Assembly (NCBI GenBank): GCA_963845145.1
Contig: CAWJQU010000008.1
Location: 512,001-576,000, forward strand
Origin: an uncultured delta proteobacterium
Lineage (GTDB): Bacteria > Desulfobacterota > Desulfobacteria > Desulfobacterales > QNYZ01
DNA: 64,000 bases
Direction: 5' to 3'
Shown here: in pieces, positions 40,340-51,096 of the stretch
Layout of the letters: every line of letters starts with the position of its first letter
Numbering within the stretch: the stretch's first letter is position 1
Made by a program: the position numbers and the translations under genes
Notes under the pieces: generated by a model
Databases searched by the model: none
Seen by the model: only the letters and a program-made list of their open reading frames with translations
Told to the model about the DNA's origin: nothing

Positions 40340-41296
40340 CTACCTGGACTTAAACTCCAGACGATAGTTTTTTCCATCCCTCTGTAGAATAATATTCCTT
40401 TTCTGGATGGCGACCACGTTAAATCCATTAACATCGTCGCCTTCCCGTACAACCAGCCCGTCTATCACGCCCATTCGTTTCACTGGCTCAGGCGCCCATG
40501 CCAACGCCTGCAGGATCATCCGGTCATTTTCGAGAGGTTTTGCATCCTGCCAGCGAGCCTTCTTGTCGCCGGCCGTTCGGTCAGCAATATCATTTTTTCT
40601 TAGAGGTTTTCTTTCGGTTGGTTTCGCTTTAACCCTTTTTGACGGACCGGCTTGACCCTTTTTCGCCCGCTTCTTCCCGGTTGCGGGTGGTGACGGTGAT
40701 AGTGTCTTGCGGCTGGTTCCTTGGGTATCGACAGGCTGTTTTGCAATCCCATCCCTCTTTTGTGAGGGCTTTACAGGTGGCGCAATGCCGGATGACGAAG
40801 ATGCCATCCCATTCTGATTTTGCCCGGCTTGATTTGGAACGGCCTGATTCTGCATGGCCGACCGCTGGGCCCCCTGGTCTTTGACGACCTTGTCTCGAAG
40901 ACGTTGGGCCTGAGGCGTGGATTCATCCCCAAGCTTAACTTGTTTGGATACACGTTGGGTTTCCGCCTGTTTGGCAATGGGGAAGGTTTGAACCGGTTTT
41001 TTTTCAGGCGCTGAATCGGATGAATTGAAGTAACGCCAAAGTCCAACCATTGCTAAAACGATCAGCATCAAGATGATCAGTTTACGACCCGTCCCTCCCA
41101 ATCGCGACGGGTCGTTCATCTTATCTCTACCCGTCTGACGTTCCAGTGGTTGGTGGGCACCTGGATCCCCATTGCGCACACTCTGTTTACCTAAATCTCT
41201 CTCAATCGATTTTCGGCGCTTCGAATCGGCTTGAATCGAACCCGGACCAAACGATTCCGGCTCAACTTTTTGTAAGGCTTTTAGGATGGTGCTCAT
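40340..41296 (-). CDS. GspB/ExeB-like membrane protein
   Basis: MSTILKALQK start typical of GspB, single TM, low-complexity linker, C-terminal IDG..VREGD.V.GF.V..I; follows exeA. Confidence 0.75.
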   Translation of the reverse strand: MSTILKALQKVEPESFGPGSIQADSKRRKSIERDLGKQSVRNGDPGAHQPLERQTGRDKMNDPSRLGGTGRKLIILMLIVLAMVGLWRYFNSSDSAPEKKPVQTFPIAKQAETQRVSKQVKLGDESTPQAQRLRDKVVKDQGAQRSAMQNQAVPNQAGQNQNGMASSSSGIAPPVKPSQKRDGIAKQPVDTQGTSRKTLSPSPPATGKKRAKKGQAGPSKRVKAKPTERKPLRKNDIADRTAGDKKARWQDAKPLENDRMILQALAWAPEPVKRMGVIDGLVVREGDDVNGFNVVAIQKRNIILQRDGKNYRLEFKSR

Positions 41297-42270
41297 TTAT
41301 TGAATCCTTGCGTCGACTCGAAATGATCAATGCCCTTATCAAGGTAACCATTTGCATGCAACTTGGGAACCGTTAAAATAGTCACGAGAACAAGAAGGCC
41401 GGCAGCAAAAAAGACCATCCATAGCCACCGCAATCTAAACCGATCTTTGAGGGACCGTCGGTCGTTGGGGCCGCGCAATTCTCCGGCGGCCACACGCGCA
41501 ATCCTTCGGGTCACTCGTTTTTGGTTTTGTGTAAAGGCGCCCAGTAGAGCCCGATCGCAGATGATGTTCACCAGGCGGGGAAATCCATTGGAAAAGCCGT
41601 ATATTTCCCGCAGGGCGCCCGACGTGAAAAAGATCGCGGCCTTACCCGAGGCGATGCTGGTTCGGTAATCAATGTAGGCCTTCATCTCAGCTTGCGACAG
41701 GGGTTTCAGCTGACAAGCGACCGATACCCGTTGACCCAGTTGGCGCAATTTATAAGAGCCGAGTAAATTGTTAAGTTCCGGTTGTCCCACCAAAATAATC
41801 TGAATCAGCTTGGATCGGGTGGTTTCCAGGTTGGACAACAACCTCAGCTGCTCAAGCACCTCATACGAGAGGCTTTGCGCCTCATCAATCAGCAAAATGA
41901 CCCGGTGCCCCTTCTTCTTCTGTTCCAGAAGGTAGGTATTTAAACGGTTGATCAAAATCCGGGGCTGATTCTCGTTTGAGGGAATTCCCAGCTCTTCATT
42001 GATATTTTTTAATAAATCCAGCGGCTCGAGAGTGGGGTTGAAAATATAGGCCGTTTCAACTGTTTCTTCAAGATTTTCTAAAAATTTTCGACAAAGGGTC
42101 GTTTTTCCGGTTCCCACTTCGCCGATGATTAAAATAAAACCTTCGCCCTGCCGAATGGCAAAGGCCAGGTGTGCCAACGCTTCTTCGTGACTCGATCCCA
42201 GAAAATAAAAGGTGGGGTCAGGAACGAGTTTAAATGGGCGCTCGTTAAATCCAAAAAATGTTTTATACAT
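41293..42270 (-). CDS. ExeA/GspA-family AAA ATPase
   Basis: MY..FFGF.ERPF, GEVGTGKT, LIDEAQ, LRLLSNLET, LVGQPEL, GFPRLVN. Confidence 0.92.
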   Translation of the reverse strand: MYKTFFGFNERPFKLVPDPTFYFLGSSHEEALAHLAFAIRQGEGFILIIGEVGTGKTTLCRKFLENLEETVETAYIFNPTLEPLDLLKNINEELGIPSNENQPRILINRLNTYLLEQKKKGHRVILLIDEAQSLSYEVLEQLRLLSNLETTRSKLIQIILVGQPELNNLLGSYKLRQLGQRVSVACQLKPLSQAEMKAYIDYRTSIASGKAAIFFTSGALREIYGFSNGFPRLVNIICDRALLGAFTQNQKRVTRRIARVAAGELRGPNDRRSLKDRFRLRWLWMVFFAAGLLVLVTILTVPKLHANGYLDKGIDHFESTQGFNK

Positions 42271-42458
42271 ATGATAAAGTGGCCTTCTGTATCAGGATCG
42301 GAAAAATTACCCTTGGAGGCCTCTATTGCGAAGACTCAATGCTTATTTCATATCAATGGTATTAAAAAAGATCATCAAAATAGTCAAATTAAAACTATTT
42401 CAAGGCTTTGGCAACCCCGGCTTGGTTACGCCATTGATTTTTTGGAGATTATTCGGAT

Positions 42459-43778
42459 TTAAAACGATGTGGCCTTAACCACCGATCCGATAACCTGTCC
42501 GATAACCCGGTTGCTTTCATCCACCTGGGTGATTTCCACCTGAACCAGCCTGTTCTTTAAATCATCATCCCCATCAATCAGGACATGAATATAGTTGCTG
42601 CTTAACCCTTTTAGCCGTCCTGTGGCATGGTCTCGTTTATTTTCCACAAGAACACGCATGGTTTGACCGATGTGGCGGCGAAAAAACCGATTCTTCTTTT
42701 CTCCACCTAACACCCGCAACCGTCGGCACCTTGTCTTTATGGTCTCGGGCGATAATGGGTCGGCAAAATTCGCGGCCGGCGTTCCGGGTCGAGCTGAAAA
42801 TGGAAAAACATGCAAATAGGTAATCGGCAAGGCCTCGATCAATGCAACCGTATTTTCAAATGCTTTTTCCGTTTCACCGGGAAATCCGACCAGGACATCC
42901 GCACCAATCGCTGCATCCGGCATGCTGCTGATAATCTTTTGTGACAACCTGTCAAAATATGCGGCGGTATAAGGTCGCTGCATTCGTTTCAGTATATCGT
43001 CATCACCGCTTTGAAGCGGAATATGAAAATGTCGGCAGAAAAGATCATTTTCGGCCATCTGCCCGATGACCACATCGGTCAGCTCGCGCGGTTCGATTGA
43101 ACTCAATCGGATACGACTGGGCGAGGGCTGGTTTTGTATGGCATCGAGAAGATCACTAAGCGACGCCGGCGGCGATAAATCCCGGCCATAAGCCCCAAGA
43201 TGGATGCCCGTCAGAACGGTTTCATGATACCCGGCGGCGTGCAATTCACGGAGGTTGTCTAAAACGATATTCATCGGCATACTGCGGCTGCGTCCCCGCG
43301 CAAGGGGGACAATACAATAGGTGCATTGCGCATTGCATCCATCCTGTATTTTTAAAAACGGCCGCGTACGTCCAGCGGCGACACCGACAGATAAGGGCGA
43401 AAAAATGGGCGTCGAATCTGCCGGAACGGACGCCAGGCTAAATGATGAATCGAGAATATTCGGTAACAGTTCTTTGGCCAAACATGCGACGACGTGGTTT
43501 CCATCCCCCGTCTGCCGGACCGCTTCCGGGTCTGTCCGGGCGTAACAGCCGGTGACCACAATGCGTGTATCGCTATTCTCACGTATCGCCCGCCGAATAG
43601 CCTGACGCGACTGCATGGCTGCCTTTCCGGTCACAGCGCAGGTGTTGATAATGGTAAGGTCCGCCGACTCATTCGGGCTGATCCGCTGCCCTCCCTTAAC
43701 TTGTAATTGCCGGTCCAGGGCTTCCGATTCGCACTGGTTGACCTTGCAGCCCAGGGTAATGATCTGAAATTTTGTCAT
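42459..43778 (-). CDS. mtaB: tRNA t6A37 methylthiotransferase MtaB
   Basis: TLGCKVNQ, NTCAVT, KIQDGCNAQCTYC radical-SAM motif, RLSSIEP, HVFPFS; ATG at 43778. Confidence 0.93.
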   Translation of the reverse strand: MTKFQIITLGCKVNQCESEALDRQLQVKGGQRISPNESADLTIINTCAVTGKAAMQSRQAIRRAIRENSDTRIVVTGCYARTDPEAVRQTGDGNHVVACLAKELLPNILDSSFSLASVPADSTPIFSPLSVGVAAGRTRPFLKIQDGCNAQCTYCIVPLARGRSRSMPMNIVLDNLRELHAAGYHETVLTGIHLGAYGRDLSPPASLSDLLDAIQNQPSPSRIRLSSIEPRELTDVVIGQMAENDLFCRHFHIPLQSGDDDILKRMQRPYTAAYFDRLSQKIISSMPDAAIGADVLVGFPGETEKAFENTVALIEALPITYLHVFPFSARPGTPAANFADPLSPETIKTRCRRLRVLGGEKKNRFFRRHIGQTMRVLVENKRDHATGRLKGLSSNYIHVLIDGDDDLKNRLVQVEITQVDESNRVIGQVIGSVVKATSF

Positions 43779-43851
43779 CTCTATTCCGTCTGCCCGCCAT
43801 CTGTCTGCCCAAAATCTATCTGGATCGAATTTGTTGGCCCGAAGTTGTTGG

Positions 43852-44978
43852 TTAGGTATCCGCCGGTTCCGAAACCGTTTGGCCACCATTTTGACCAAGG
43901 ATCCATCCCCCGCCCAGAACTTCATCTCCTTGGTAAAAAACAGCTCCCTGACCGGGGGTAATGGCGGTCTGGGGTTGGTCAAACCGGACTCGGGCCGTGC
44001 AATCACGCGCCGGAATCACTGTCACCGCAAAAGCCTTGTGCCGATATCTGATTTTCACGGTGGCGTGAACAGGTTTTAAGGGCATCGGGACAATCCAGTT
44101 GATCCTCACCACCCGGCAGGCGGAACAATAAAGATCTTTTTTTTTGCCGACGACCAAACAATTTTTATCCGGCTCGATCCTGACAACATAATAGGGCGTT
44201 TCATCCGGACAATTGATCCCCCGACGCTGACCGATCGTGAATCGGTGCAGCCCGAAATGCTGACCGATCATCTCTCCTTGGGTCGTGACGATGGGACCCG
44301 GCTGAAATGTTAACCCGGTTTGCCGGGCCATAAACTCTTTGTAGTTTCGCTCTTTGATAAAACAAACATCCTGGCTTTCTCCATCGGTTACAGGGTTCAG
44401 GTTTTCTTTCTGAGCCAGGTCGATCACTTCCGTCTTGGTCATCTCTCCCAATGGAAACAGGGTGCGTTCCAATTGGCGTCGGGTCAGCCCGGCTAAAAAA
44501 TAGGACTGATCTTTGTTTGAATCAATCCCCCGGTATAACCGCATACCGCCGTCATCGCCCCGACCGAATCCGGGCATAGTGGCCTGTAGCCAGTCGCTCG
44601 GCTCCCAAACGTCGCGCAAATGAGAAGAGGTCTCCGAATTTAATCGCCGGATTGCAGACCATACAGGGGCTCGGCGTTTGCCCCGCCTGATAGGTGTCGA
44701 TGAAATAATCGATCACTTCGGTTTTAAAGCGTTGGGTGCTGTCGAGTATTCTTAACGGGATATCCAAACGGGTGGCAATCGGAGCCCAATTTGGCACGCG
44801 CGGCTTTAAGTATACCCTCGATCGAAGGCTGTTTTTGGTCTAAGGCGGATTGGTTGTAACCCTCATATCCGGTCACAAAATGTACCCCAATCACCTGATA
44901 GCCGGATTCCTTGAGCAGCCAGGCTGTGGTAAGGGAATCGATACCGCCGCTTAAGGCTACGGCGATGCATGGTTTCAT
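43852..44978 (-). CDS. mnmA: tRNA 2-thiouridylase MnmA (frameshifted)
   Basis: SGGIDS, PSPCMVCN, ATGHY, KDQSYF, ESQDVCF, TIGQRRG, TPGQ. Confidence 0.95.
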
Positions 44979-45403
44979 TCAAAAAAAACCTGATTGGACG
45001 GGGAGACTTCCATCGCTCGAACCGGACAGGCGGTCACGCAAAGTTCACATACACTGCATTTTTCCTGCTCAAAAGCCACGGACATTTCCGGTCGACAGAT
45101 TCCCAACGCGCCGGTAGGACAAACCGCAGTACATGCCCCGCAGTGGGTGCAGATGTCCTCATTTCGGCTAATTTCCTGGGATGCATTCTGTACATGGACT
45201 CCCTGTTCCTTTAGAAATCGGACACCGTCTTTAAATCGCCTCTGGGTGCCGGAAAGCTCCATCACCATTACCCCTTCGCGTCGGGGAAAAATCCGGGCAT
45301 TCAAAATATTGAATTCAAGATCGAAATCCTTTGCCAGCAGACAAACGATCGGTTTTTGAACCTCTTGTTGCGGAAATCGTAAAATCAGTATTTTCGAATA
45401 CAC
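44975..45403 (-). CDS. NIL domain plus 2x[4Fe-4S] ferredoxin protein
   Basis: N-terminal NIL-like domain (FNILNARI), CTHCGACTAVCP and CSVCELCVTACP; GTG 45403 with SD GGAGGTG. Confidence 0.88.
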   Translation of the reverse strand: MYSKILILRFPQQEVQKPIVCLLAKDFDLEFNILNARIFPRREGVMVMELSGTQRRFKDGVRFLKEQGVHVQNASQEISRNEDICTHCGACTAVCPTGALGICRPEMSVAFEQEKCSVCELCVTACPVRAMEVSPSNQVFFE

Positions 45404-45498
45404 GAAGTCACCTCCGAAATATCTTTTCTTTTTAAAATAAAGAAGATATCTTAAGGGGCAACACAATATATGTCAACTGCCGCTTAAAGGCCCTCATC

Positions 45499-47658
45499 AT
45501 GAATCGTTTTGCCTACCGGACTACAGGCCTGGCCATTCGCACCATTACCGCATTATCAAAAGCATCCATTCATCTCCACGGGCAAAAGAATATTCCCAAC
45601 GGGGCGCTTATTTTTGTGGCCAACCATTTCACCCGCATTGAAACCCTTTTTTTGACCTATCATATCTTTCACCTCATCGGTAAAAAACCGGTCTGGTCGC
45701 TGGCCGCCGGAGAGCTGTACACAGCTTCTATGGGCTCGTTTCTTGAAAAAGTCGGCGCGCTTTCAACCCACAATCCTGACCGCGATCGGTTAATCGTGAA
45801 AAGTCTTCTGACTGGAGAAGCCGCCTGGGTCATCTACCCGGAAGGGCGCATGGTTAAGAATAAAAAAATATTCGATAAGGGGCGGTATGTCATCTCGCAT
45901 GCGGGTGAAAAACTGTCTCCGCATACCGGTGCCGCATCACTGGCGCTTCGCACCCAATTTTACCGTGAACGCCTGGAAATGGACGCATACAACCCATCCT
46001 CAGGAAGCCGAGCGCCTCATGGATTTATTTCAGATCGAGGAATTCGAACCTATTTTTGATCTCGACACCTATATCGTTCCGGTTAATCTCACCTACTACC
46101 CCATTCGTGCCAAAGAAAACCTGCTGAATCATCTGGCAGAGCATTTTATGGAAAACCTTTCCGATCGATGTGGAAGAAGAACTCATGACCGAAGGAACCA
46201 TGTTGTTCTCCGGGGTGGATATCGATATCCGCTTCGGGGAACCGCTTAAGGTGCGCCGCTTTTGAATCGGCCCTTGATCCGCAAGGACATCGAAGCCTCA
46301 CGGCCCATCGAATTCGATGAGGTACTACCTTCCACACCGATCATGCGCACTACCGCTCAGGAATTGATGAATCGATATATGCACGCCATATATCGTATGA
46401 CGACGATCAATCCGGATCATTTGTTCGCAGGAATGTTGAAACATTTGAACCGACGGTTGTTTGACCCGGAGGATCTAAAGCGGCGCGTTTTTCTGGCCGC
46501 ATCTTTGAGACCCGCAGACCCAAATATCCATTTCCATCGAGACCTGGATGAGCCGCCGGTCCATTTACTGGTGGATGACCGCCGAAAGTGGTTCGAGGAA
46601 TTCATCCTTCTGGCCTTAGAAAAAGGTGTCGTTGAAAAACGGGGAAATCGGTATTATAAAAAACCCGAAAAAATTAACTACCCTGTTTGATTTTCACCGG
46701 GTGCGGGTGGAAAATCCGATTAAAGTCATGGTCAATGAAATCGAACCCATAAGTGATTTGCAGCGCCGGCTGCGAAAAATCGCCCGCTTACCCGGTTTTT
46801 GGATCAAACGCCGAACAATTCAACGCTTGGAGCGAATAGCCTTAGACGCCTTTAAAGAGGATTATCAAACCTTTTTCATAGAAAATGAGTCCAAACCGCA
46901 ATCCGTTGGCCGACCATTTTTTTTAAGGGGAAGTCCGGGAAAAATCGGCATTGTCCTCATTCATGGCTACATGGCCGCACCCATGGAAGTCAGATCAGTT
47001 GGCTCATTATCTGAACCAAAAGGGCTGGTGGGTATATGCCCCACGTGTTAAAGGCCATGGCACCAGCCCTGAAGATCTCGGTTTGAGCACAATGAGAGAT
47101 TGGATAAAAAGTGTGGAACTGGGTTATGCACTTATCAATATCGCTTGTCGAAAAACCGTTGTCGGCGGGTTTTCCAATGGCGGCGGACTGGCTTTGGAAC
47201 TGGCGGCAAGGATACCGGACATCAGCGGTGTTGTGGCGATTTGCCCGCCGTTCAAACTCCACGCCGCCACGGCCAGATTAGCGCCGGCAATGGATATGTG
47301 GAATCGCCTGGTGGGACGCGTACAGCCTCGTATGGCTATAACGTTTGTGGAGAATCATCCTGAAAATCCGGAAATAAACTATTCACGGAACCCCATATCC
47401 GGGGTTAGAGAACTGGAACGCTTAATGGAACATGTGGCCGACCAGGCGCCTAAAATTAATCAGAGGGTCCTTTTGGCTTTGGCGGATCACGATCCTGTTG
47501 TGGACGAAAAGGGTGCCCGACGATTTTTTGAAAAGATTGGTTCGAAAGACAAACAATACCTGTTATTTCATTTCGACCGTCACGGAATTATTCGCGGAAA
47601 GAATGCAACCCGCGTCCACGAATCGATTGCCCAATTTATCAAATCCGGTATTGTCTGA
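45499..47658 (+). CDS. Acyltransferase-like domain fused to an alpha/beta hydrolase (frameshifted)
   Basis: ANHFTRIE and IYPEG (PlsC-like), then LIHGY, GHGTSP, GFSNG, DHDPVV, RH (esterase). Confidence 0.75.
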
Positions 47659-47699
47659 CACACGTTGAGATAGAGACCGCGTAAACCCAAAAAACCGGT

Positions 47700-48428
47700 T
47701 TAAGGCGATACACGCAATTTCTGCCCGGCTCTAATCGTATTGGTCGTCATGTTATTGAGTTCTTTTAACCGGTCAACCGAAAGATTGTATTTGAGGCTGA
47801 TGCGATAAAGATTTTCCTCGGGTGACACGGTATGAAAACGCCCGGCACCAACAGCCGGTTTTGGGGGTTCCGTTTTAACTGTGGGCGCAGGTTTTGGCGG
47901 TTCCTTTTTAACTGCTGCCGCGGGCTTCTTCTTTGCCGGCGCAACCTGTTTTTTGGGTTTGGCCTGAGCTACCGGCTTTTCTTTTACCGCCTCCTTTTTC
48001 GCGACTATCTCCTCCACCCAAGTTTTAAAAGAGTTTTCAAGGCGATCGATTCGGCCCGAAAGGCGGTCGACCACTTCTGATGAATCTTTCATATACGCCG
48101 TTTTATTCGTTTCCGCGGCGGCGTCTTCCAGTTGGGCGATCCTCATTTCAAGTTCGTCAATTCTAGAGTCCATTACCGTGGTTTGCGATAAACGTATGGT
48201 ATTCTCGCGTGGGCGCATGGCGTTATATATGAGATATATACCGATTAGGGCAAAAACCAAAAGCGCAAGTAATACCCAATATCTGCGAAAACCAGTTCCG
48301 CTCGACCCGGATTGCTCTTCCCAGGATTCGTAAGCGGCATCTCGGTCGAAAAAATCTTCTTCAGGCGCTTGGGTGTCAGCAGATTTGGTCATTCGATAGG
48401 ATTGAGAACCATATTCCTTGTCGGTCAT
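47700..48428 (-). CDS. Membrane-anchored coiled-coil LysM protein
   Basis: TM, coiled coil, Pro/Lys linker, HTVSPEENLYRISLKY...IRAGQKL LysM. Confidence 0.88.
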   Translation of the reverse strand: MTDKEYGSQSYRMTKSADTQAPEEDFFDRDAAYESWEEQSGSSGTGFRRYWVLLALLVFALIGIYLIYNAMRPRENTIRLSQTTVMDSRIDELEMRIAQLEDAAAETNKTAYMKDSSEVVDRLSGRIDRLENSFKTWVEEIVAKKEAVKEKPVAQAKPKKQVAPAKKKPAAAVKKEPPKPAPTVKTEPPKPAVGAGRFHTVSPEENLYRISLKYNLSVDRLKELNNMTTNTIRAGQKLRVSP

Positions 48429-48679
48429 GTCGCCTCCGTGTAAACGCTAACGTGATACGATTTTATATTTGTTCGAGGACCAATAAGTGAAATAAGTTTA
48501 CCGATCAGCTGAGATAGGAAACTGTGCCGTCAGCAATACAAATCTCTATTTTTTTAGTTATTTTACTTGAAATGATATCCAATTCGAATTATGATTACAA
48601 GAATATTTTTAAGAAGACTAAAGAACCACGAGTGCAAGGTCGCGCATATTGGACCGTGGGCAGGAAGGGGGCGAGGCTT

Positions 48680-48892
48680 TTGAAAGAGATAGAGGTCAAA
48701 GTTTTTGATAATGACCTTGAAAAGGCAATGCGCGTTTTAAAGAAAAAAATTCAAAATGATGGGTTGTTCAAACGGTTAAAGTTAAAGAAAAGTTTTGAAA
48801 AACCGAGTGAATTTAGACGACGAAAACAGCGTGAAGCCCAGCGTCGTAGGCGCATTGCTGAAATAAAGAAGAAAAGACGATACCCTGCATAG
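48680..48892 (+). CDS. rpsU: 30S ribosomal protein bS21
   Basis: EKAMRVLKKK, FEKPSEFRRRK; TTG start at 48680. Confidence 0.93.
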   Translation: MKEIEVKVFDNDLEKAMRVLKKKIQNDGLFKRLKLKKSFEKPSEFRRRKQREAQRRRRIAEIKKKRRYPA

Positions 48893-48913
48893 GGTTTTTT
48901 TAATCGCAATAGT

Positions 48914-48953
48914 GACCCGGTGGACCTCATTTGAATCCGCCGGGTTTTTTTTA
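48914..48953 (+). terminator. Intrinsic terminator after rpsU
   Basis: ACCCGGTGGA...TCCGCCGGGT hairpin followed by a T-run. Confidence 0.7.
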
Positions 48954-48955
48954 CC

Positions 48956-50260
48956 ATGACACCAAAAATAACTTACAAAAAATGCCTTGAAGCCATGTAC
49001 GCCTTAAGGCGTTTCGGCATCAAGTTGGAACTGGATGTAATTAGCGGCATCCTCAATAGTTTGGGACAGCCGCAGAACCAGTTCAAATCCATTCATATCG
49101 CCGGAACAAACGGCAAGGGGTCGATTGCCGCCTCTCTGGCTGCGATTCTTCAACATGCCGGGTATCGCGTTGGCCTCTTTACGTCTCCGCATCTGGTCCG
49201 GTTTAACGAGCGAATTCAGGTAAACGGCCATCAGATTACCAACGATCATCTGGTAGAAGCCTATATGGCTGTCACAGGCGCCCATCGCGGCCCACGCGAC
49301 GCTACTTTCTTTGAAATCACGGCAGCCATGGCCTTGTATCAATTTGCCCGGGAAAAAGTCGATCTGGCGGTGATCGAAACCGGTCTGGGCGGCCGTCTGG
49401 ATGCCACCAATATCATTATGCCCTTGGTGAGCGTCATTTCCAATATTTCCATTGAACATCGACAGTATCTCGGAAACACATTGGCCGAAATTGCGGCTGA
49501 AAAAGCCGGGATCATCAAGCCAAAAATACCCGTGGTCACCGCAGTACGCCAACCCAAGGCGATCACCGTGATTGAGAAGAAAGCCAAAGAACGATCAGCC
49601 CCCTGCTATCGGCTGGGTCACGCCTTTCGAATTCGGCGCGGGAAAAACGGACAGTTCAACTACTATGGGCTGGACACGGTGTGGCGGAATTTAAAGACCA
49701 ATCTGGCCGGAGATCAACAACCTGAAAACGCCGCCTTGGCATTGGCGGCCTGTGAGCTGCTCACCCGGCAGGATATACCTGTTAGGGAAACCGATATTCG
49801 CATCGGCTTGCAACAGATTCATTGGCCGGCCCGTCTGGAGGTGGTTTCCACCGACCCGTACATCCTTTTCGATGGGGCCCACAATCTGGCTGCAGCAAGA
49901 AAACTGGCCCTGTTTCTGGGCAACGAGTTGAAGAATCGCCGTATGACACTGGTAATCGGCATTCTGGATGATAAGCCCTATCGTGCCATGTTGGCTATGC
50001 TGGCCCCACTGGCCAATCACCTGATCGTCACGCGCCCAACGATCGACCGCGCTCTGCCACCGGAAAAACTAGCCCAGGCAGCATCCGAGTATGCGCCAAA
50101 GATAACGGCCAAACCGACCGTGGCCGCGGCCCTTCAACATGCGCTTGAAACGATCGACAAAGGCGATGCCGTCGTGGTGGCCGGTTCGCTATATGTGGTG
50201 GGCGAGGCCATGGCGTACCTGAATAATGACCGCCCGCCGGACCCCGGAGAGTCCGGCTGA
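48956..50260 (+). CDS. folC: Folylpolyglutamate/dihydrofolate synthase
   Basis: AGTNGKGS, FTSPHL, ETGLGGRLDATN, EKAGIIK, DGAHN, GSLY. Confidence 0.96.
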   Translation: MTPKITYKKCLEAMYALRRFGIKLELDVISGILNSLGQPQNQFKSIHIAGTNGKGSIAASLAAILQHAGYRVGLFTSPHLVRFNERIQVNGHQITNDHLVEAYMAVTGAHRGPRDATFFEITAAMALYQFAREKVDLAVIETGLGGRLDATNIIMPLVSVISNISIEHRQYLGNTLAEIAAEKAGIIKPKIPVVTAVRQPKAITVIEKKAKERSAPCYRLGHAFRIRRGKNGQFNYYGLDTVWRNLKTNLAGDQQPENAALALAACELLTRQDIPVRETDIRIGLQQIHWPARLEVVSTDPYILFDGAHNLAAARKLALFLGNELKNRRMTLVIGILDDKPYRAMLAMLAPLANHLIVTRPTIDRALPPEKLAQAASEYAPKITAKPTVAAALQHALETIDKGDAVVVAGSLYVVGEAMAYLNNDRPPDPGESG

Positions 50261-50325
50261 TCGGCAAGGGCCCCTTTCATCCTTCTTGACTTTTAAACCG
50301 CTTCGTTCTATTTTCCTCAAAAATT

Positions 50326-50401
50326 GCGCCCGTAGCCCAGGGGATAGGGCGTCAGCCTCCGGAGCTGAAGATCGCTGGTTCGAATCCAGCCGGGCGTACC
50401 A
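50326..50401 (+). tRNA. tRNA-Arg(CCG)
   Basis: GCGCCCG/CGGGCGT acceptor, TCAGC-CTCCGGA-GCTGA anticodon arm, GTTCGAATC, CCA. Confidence 0.96.
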
Positions 50402-51096
50402 ATATAAATCAATAGCTTAGCGAATTTTCTCTAAGCTATTTTTTATTAATATTTTGGATTTACCCACTCTATTCCCCACACAATAAATAAAAGAGAATAT
50501 TTTCAAAGTGATTGATCTGAATAAACTCAACCTTAATTTCCGATCGAAAAAAATTGATACCCGACTCAACAGTTAACTTTGTACCGGGGAGATGGTGAAT
50601 TCTTAAATTTAGTAGCCGAACCTCTTTTATTGTGATTAAAATATCTTCTGGACAGTTTTGTATCTTTGAAAGTTTGAATCCGGTTTATAGGCTCAAATAT
50701 AACCTCTTGCTTTGCGCGGATTGGGGATAGATTGAGCTGCACCCCAACCAGTAGCCATGACCGTTGGTATTTGTTAAGGATCGATTTAGGCTAATTTTTC
50801 CTTACTTTTCAAGAAGGAAGATAGGGTGTACATGCATTTAAATGAGGTATTGACGTGGTATTTATTGGTCACTATACTCGGAAAAAAATGCCACAATAGT
50901 TTTTGAACATTAAAGCGACAGAGCCCATTTTGTGCGCTCTTCCATGTATTTTTTCATTAGCGCCGACCCAGAGTAAAGCCATGGCAGATCAGTGTTAGCA
51001 ACACGTTAGGCTATATGCAGGATTTCTGTATAAGGATTTGACCGTTTTCCACATAATGGCGGGTCAAAAATAAAATAATTTTTGGAAAATGTTTTT

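Noticed and set aside
43779..44006. N-terminal extension of MtaB in the ORF track (likewise for rpsU, plsC and the NIL protein)
   Set aside because: The MtaB extension overlaps the mnmA 3' end; better start codons lie just before the conserved N-terminal motifs in each case.
50600..50800. Minus-strand fragment GYWLGCSS resembling a topoisomerase-type zinc finger
   Set aside because: Too short and interrupted to support a gene call.
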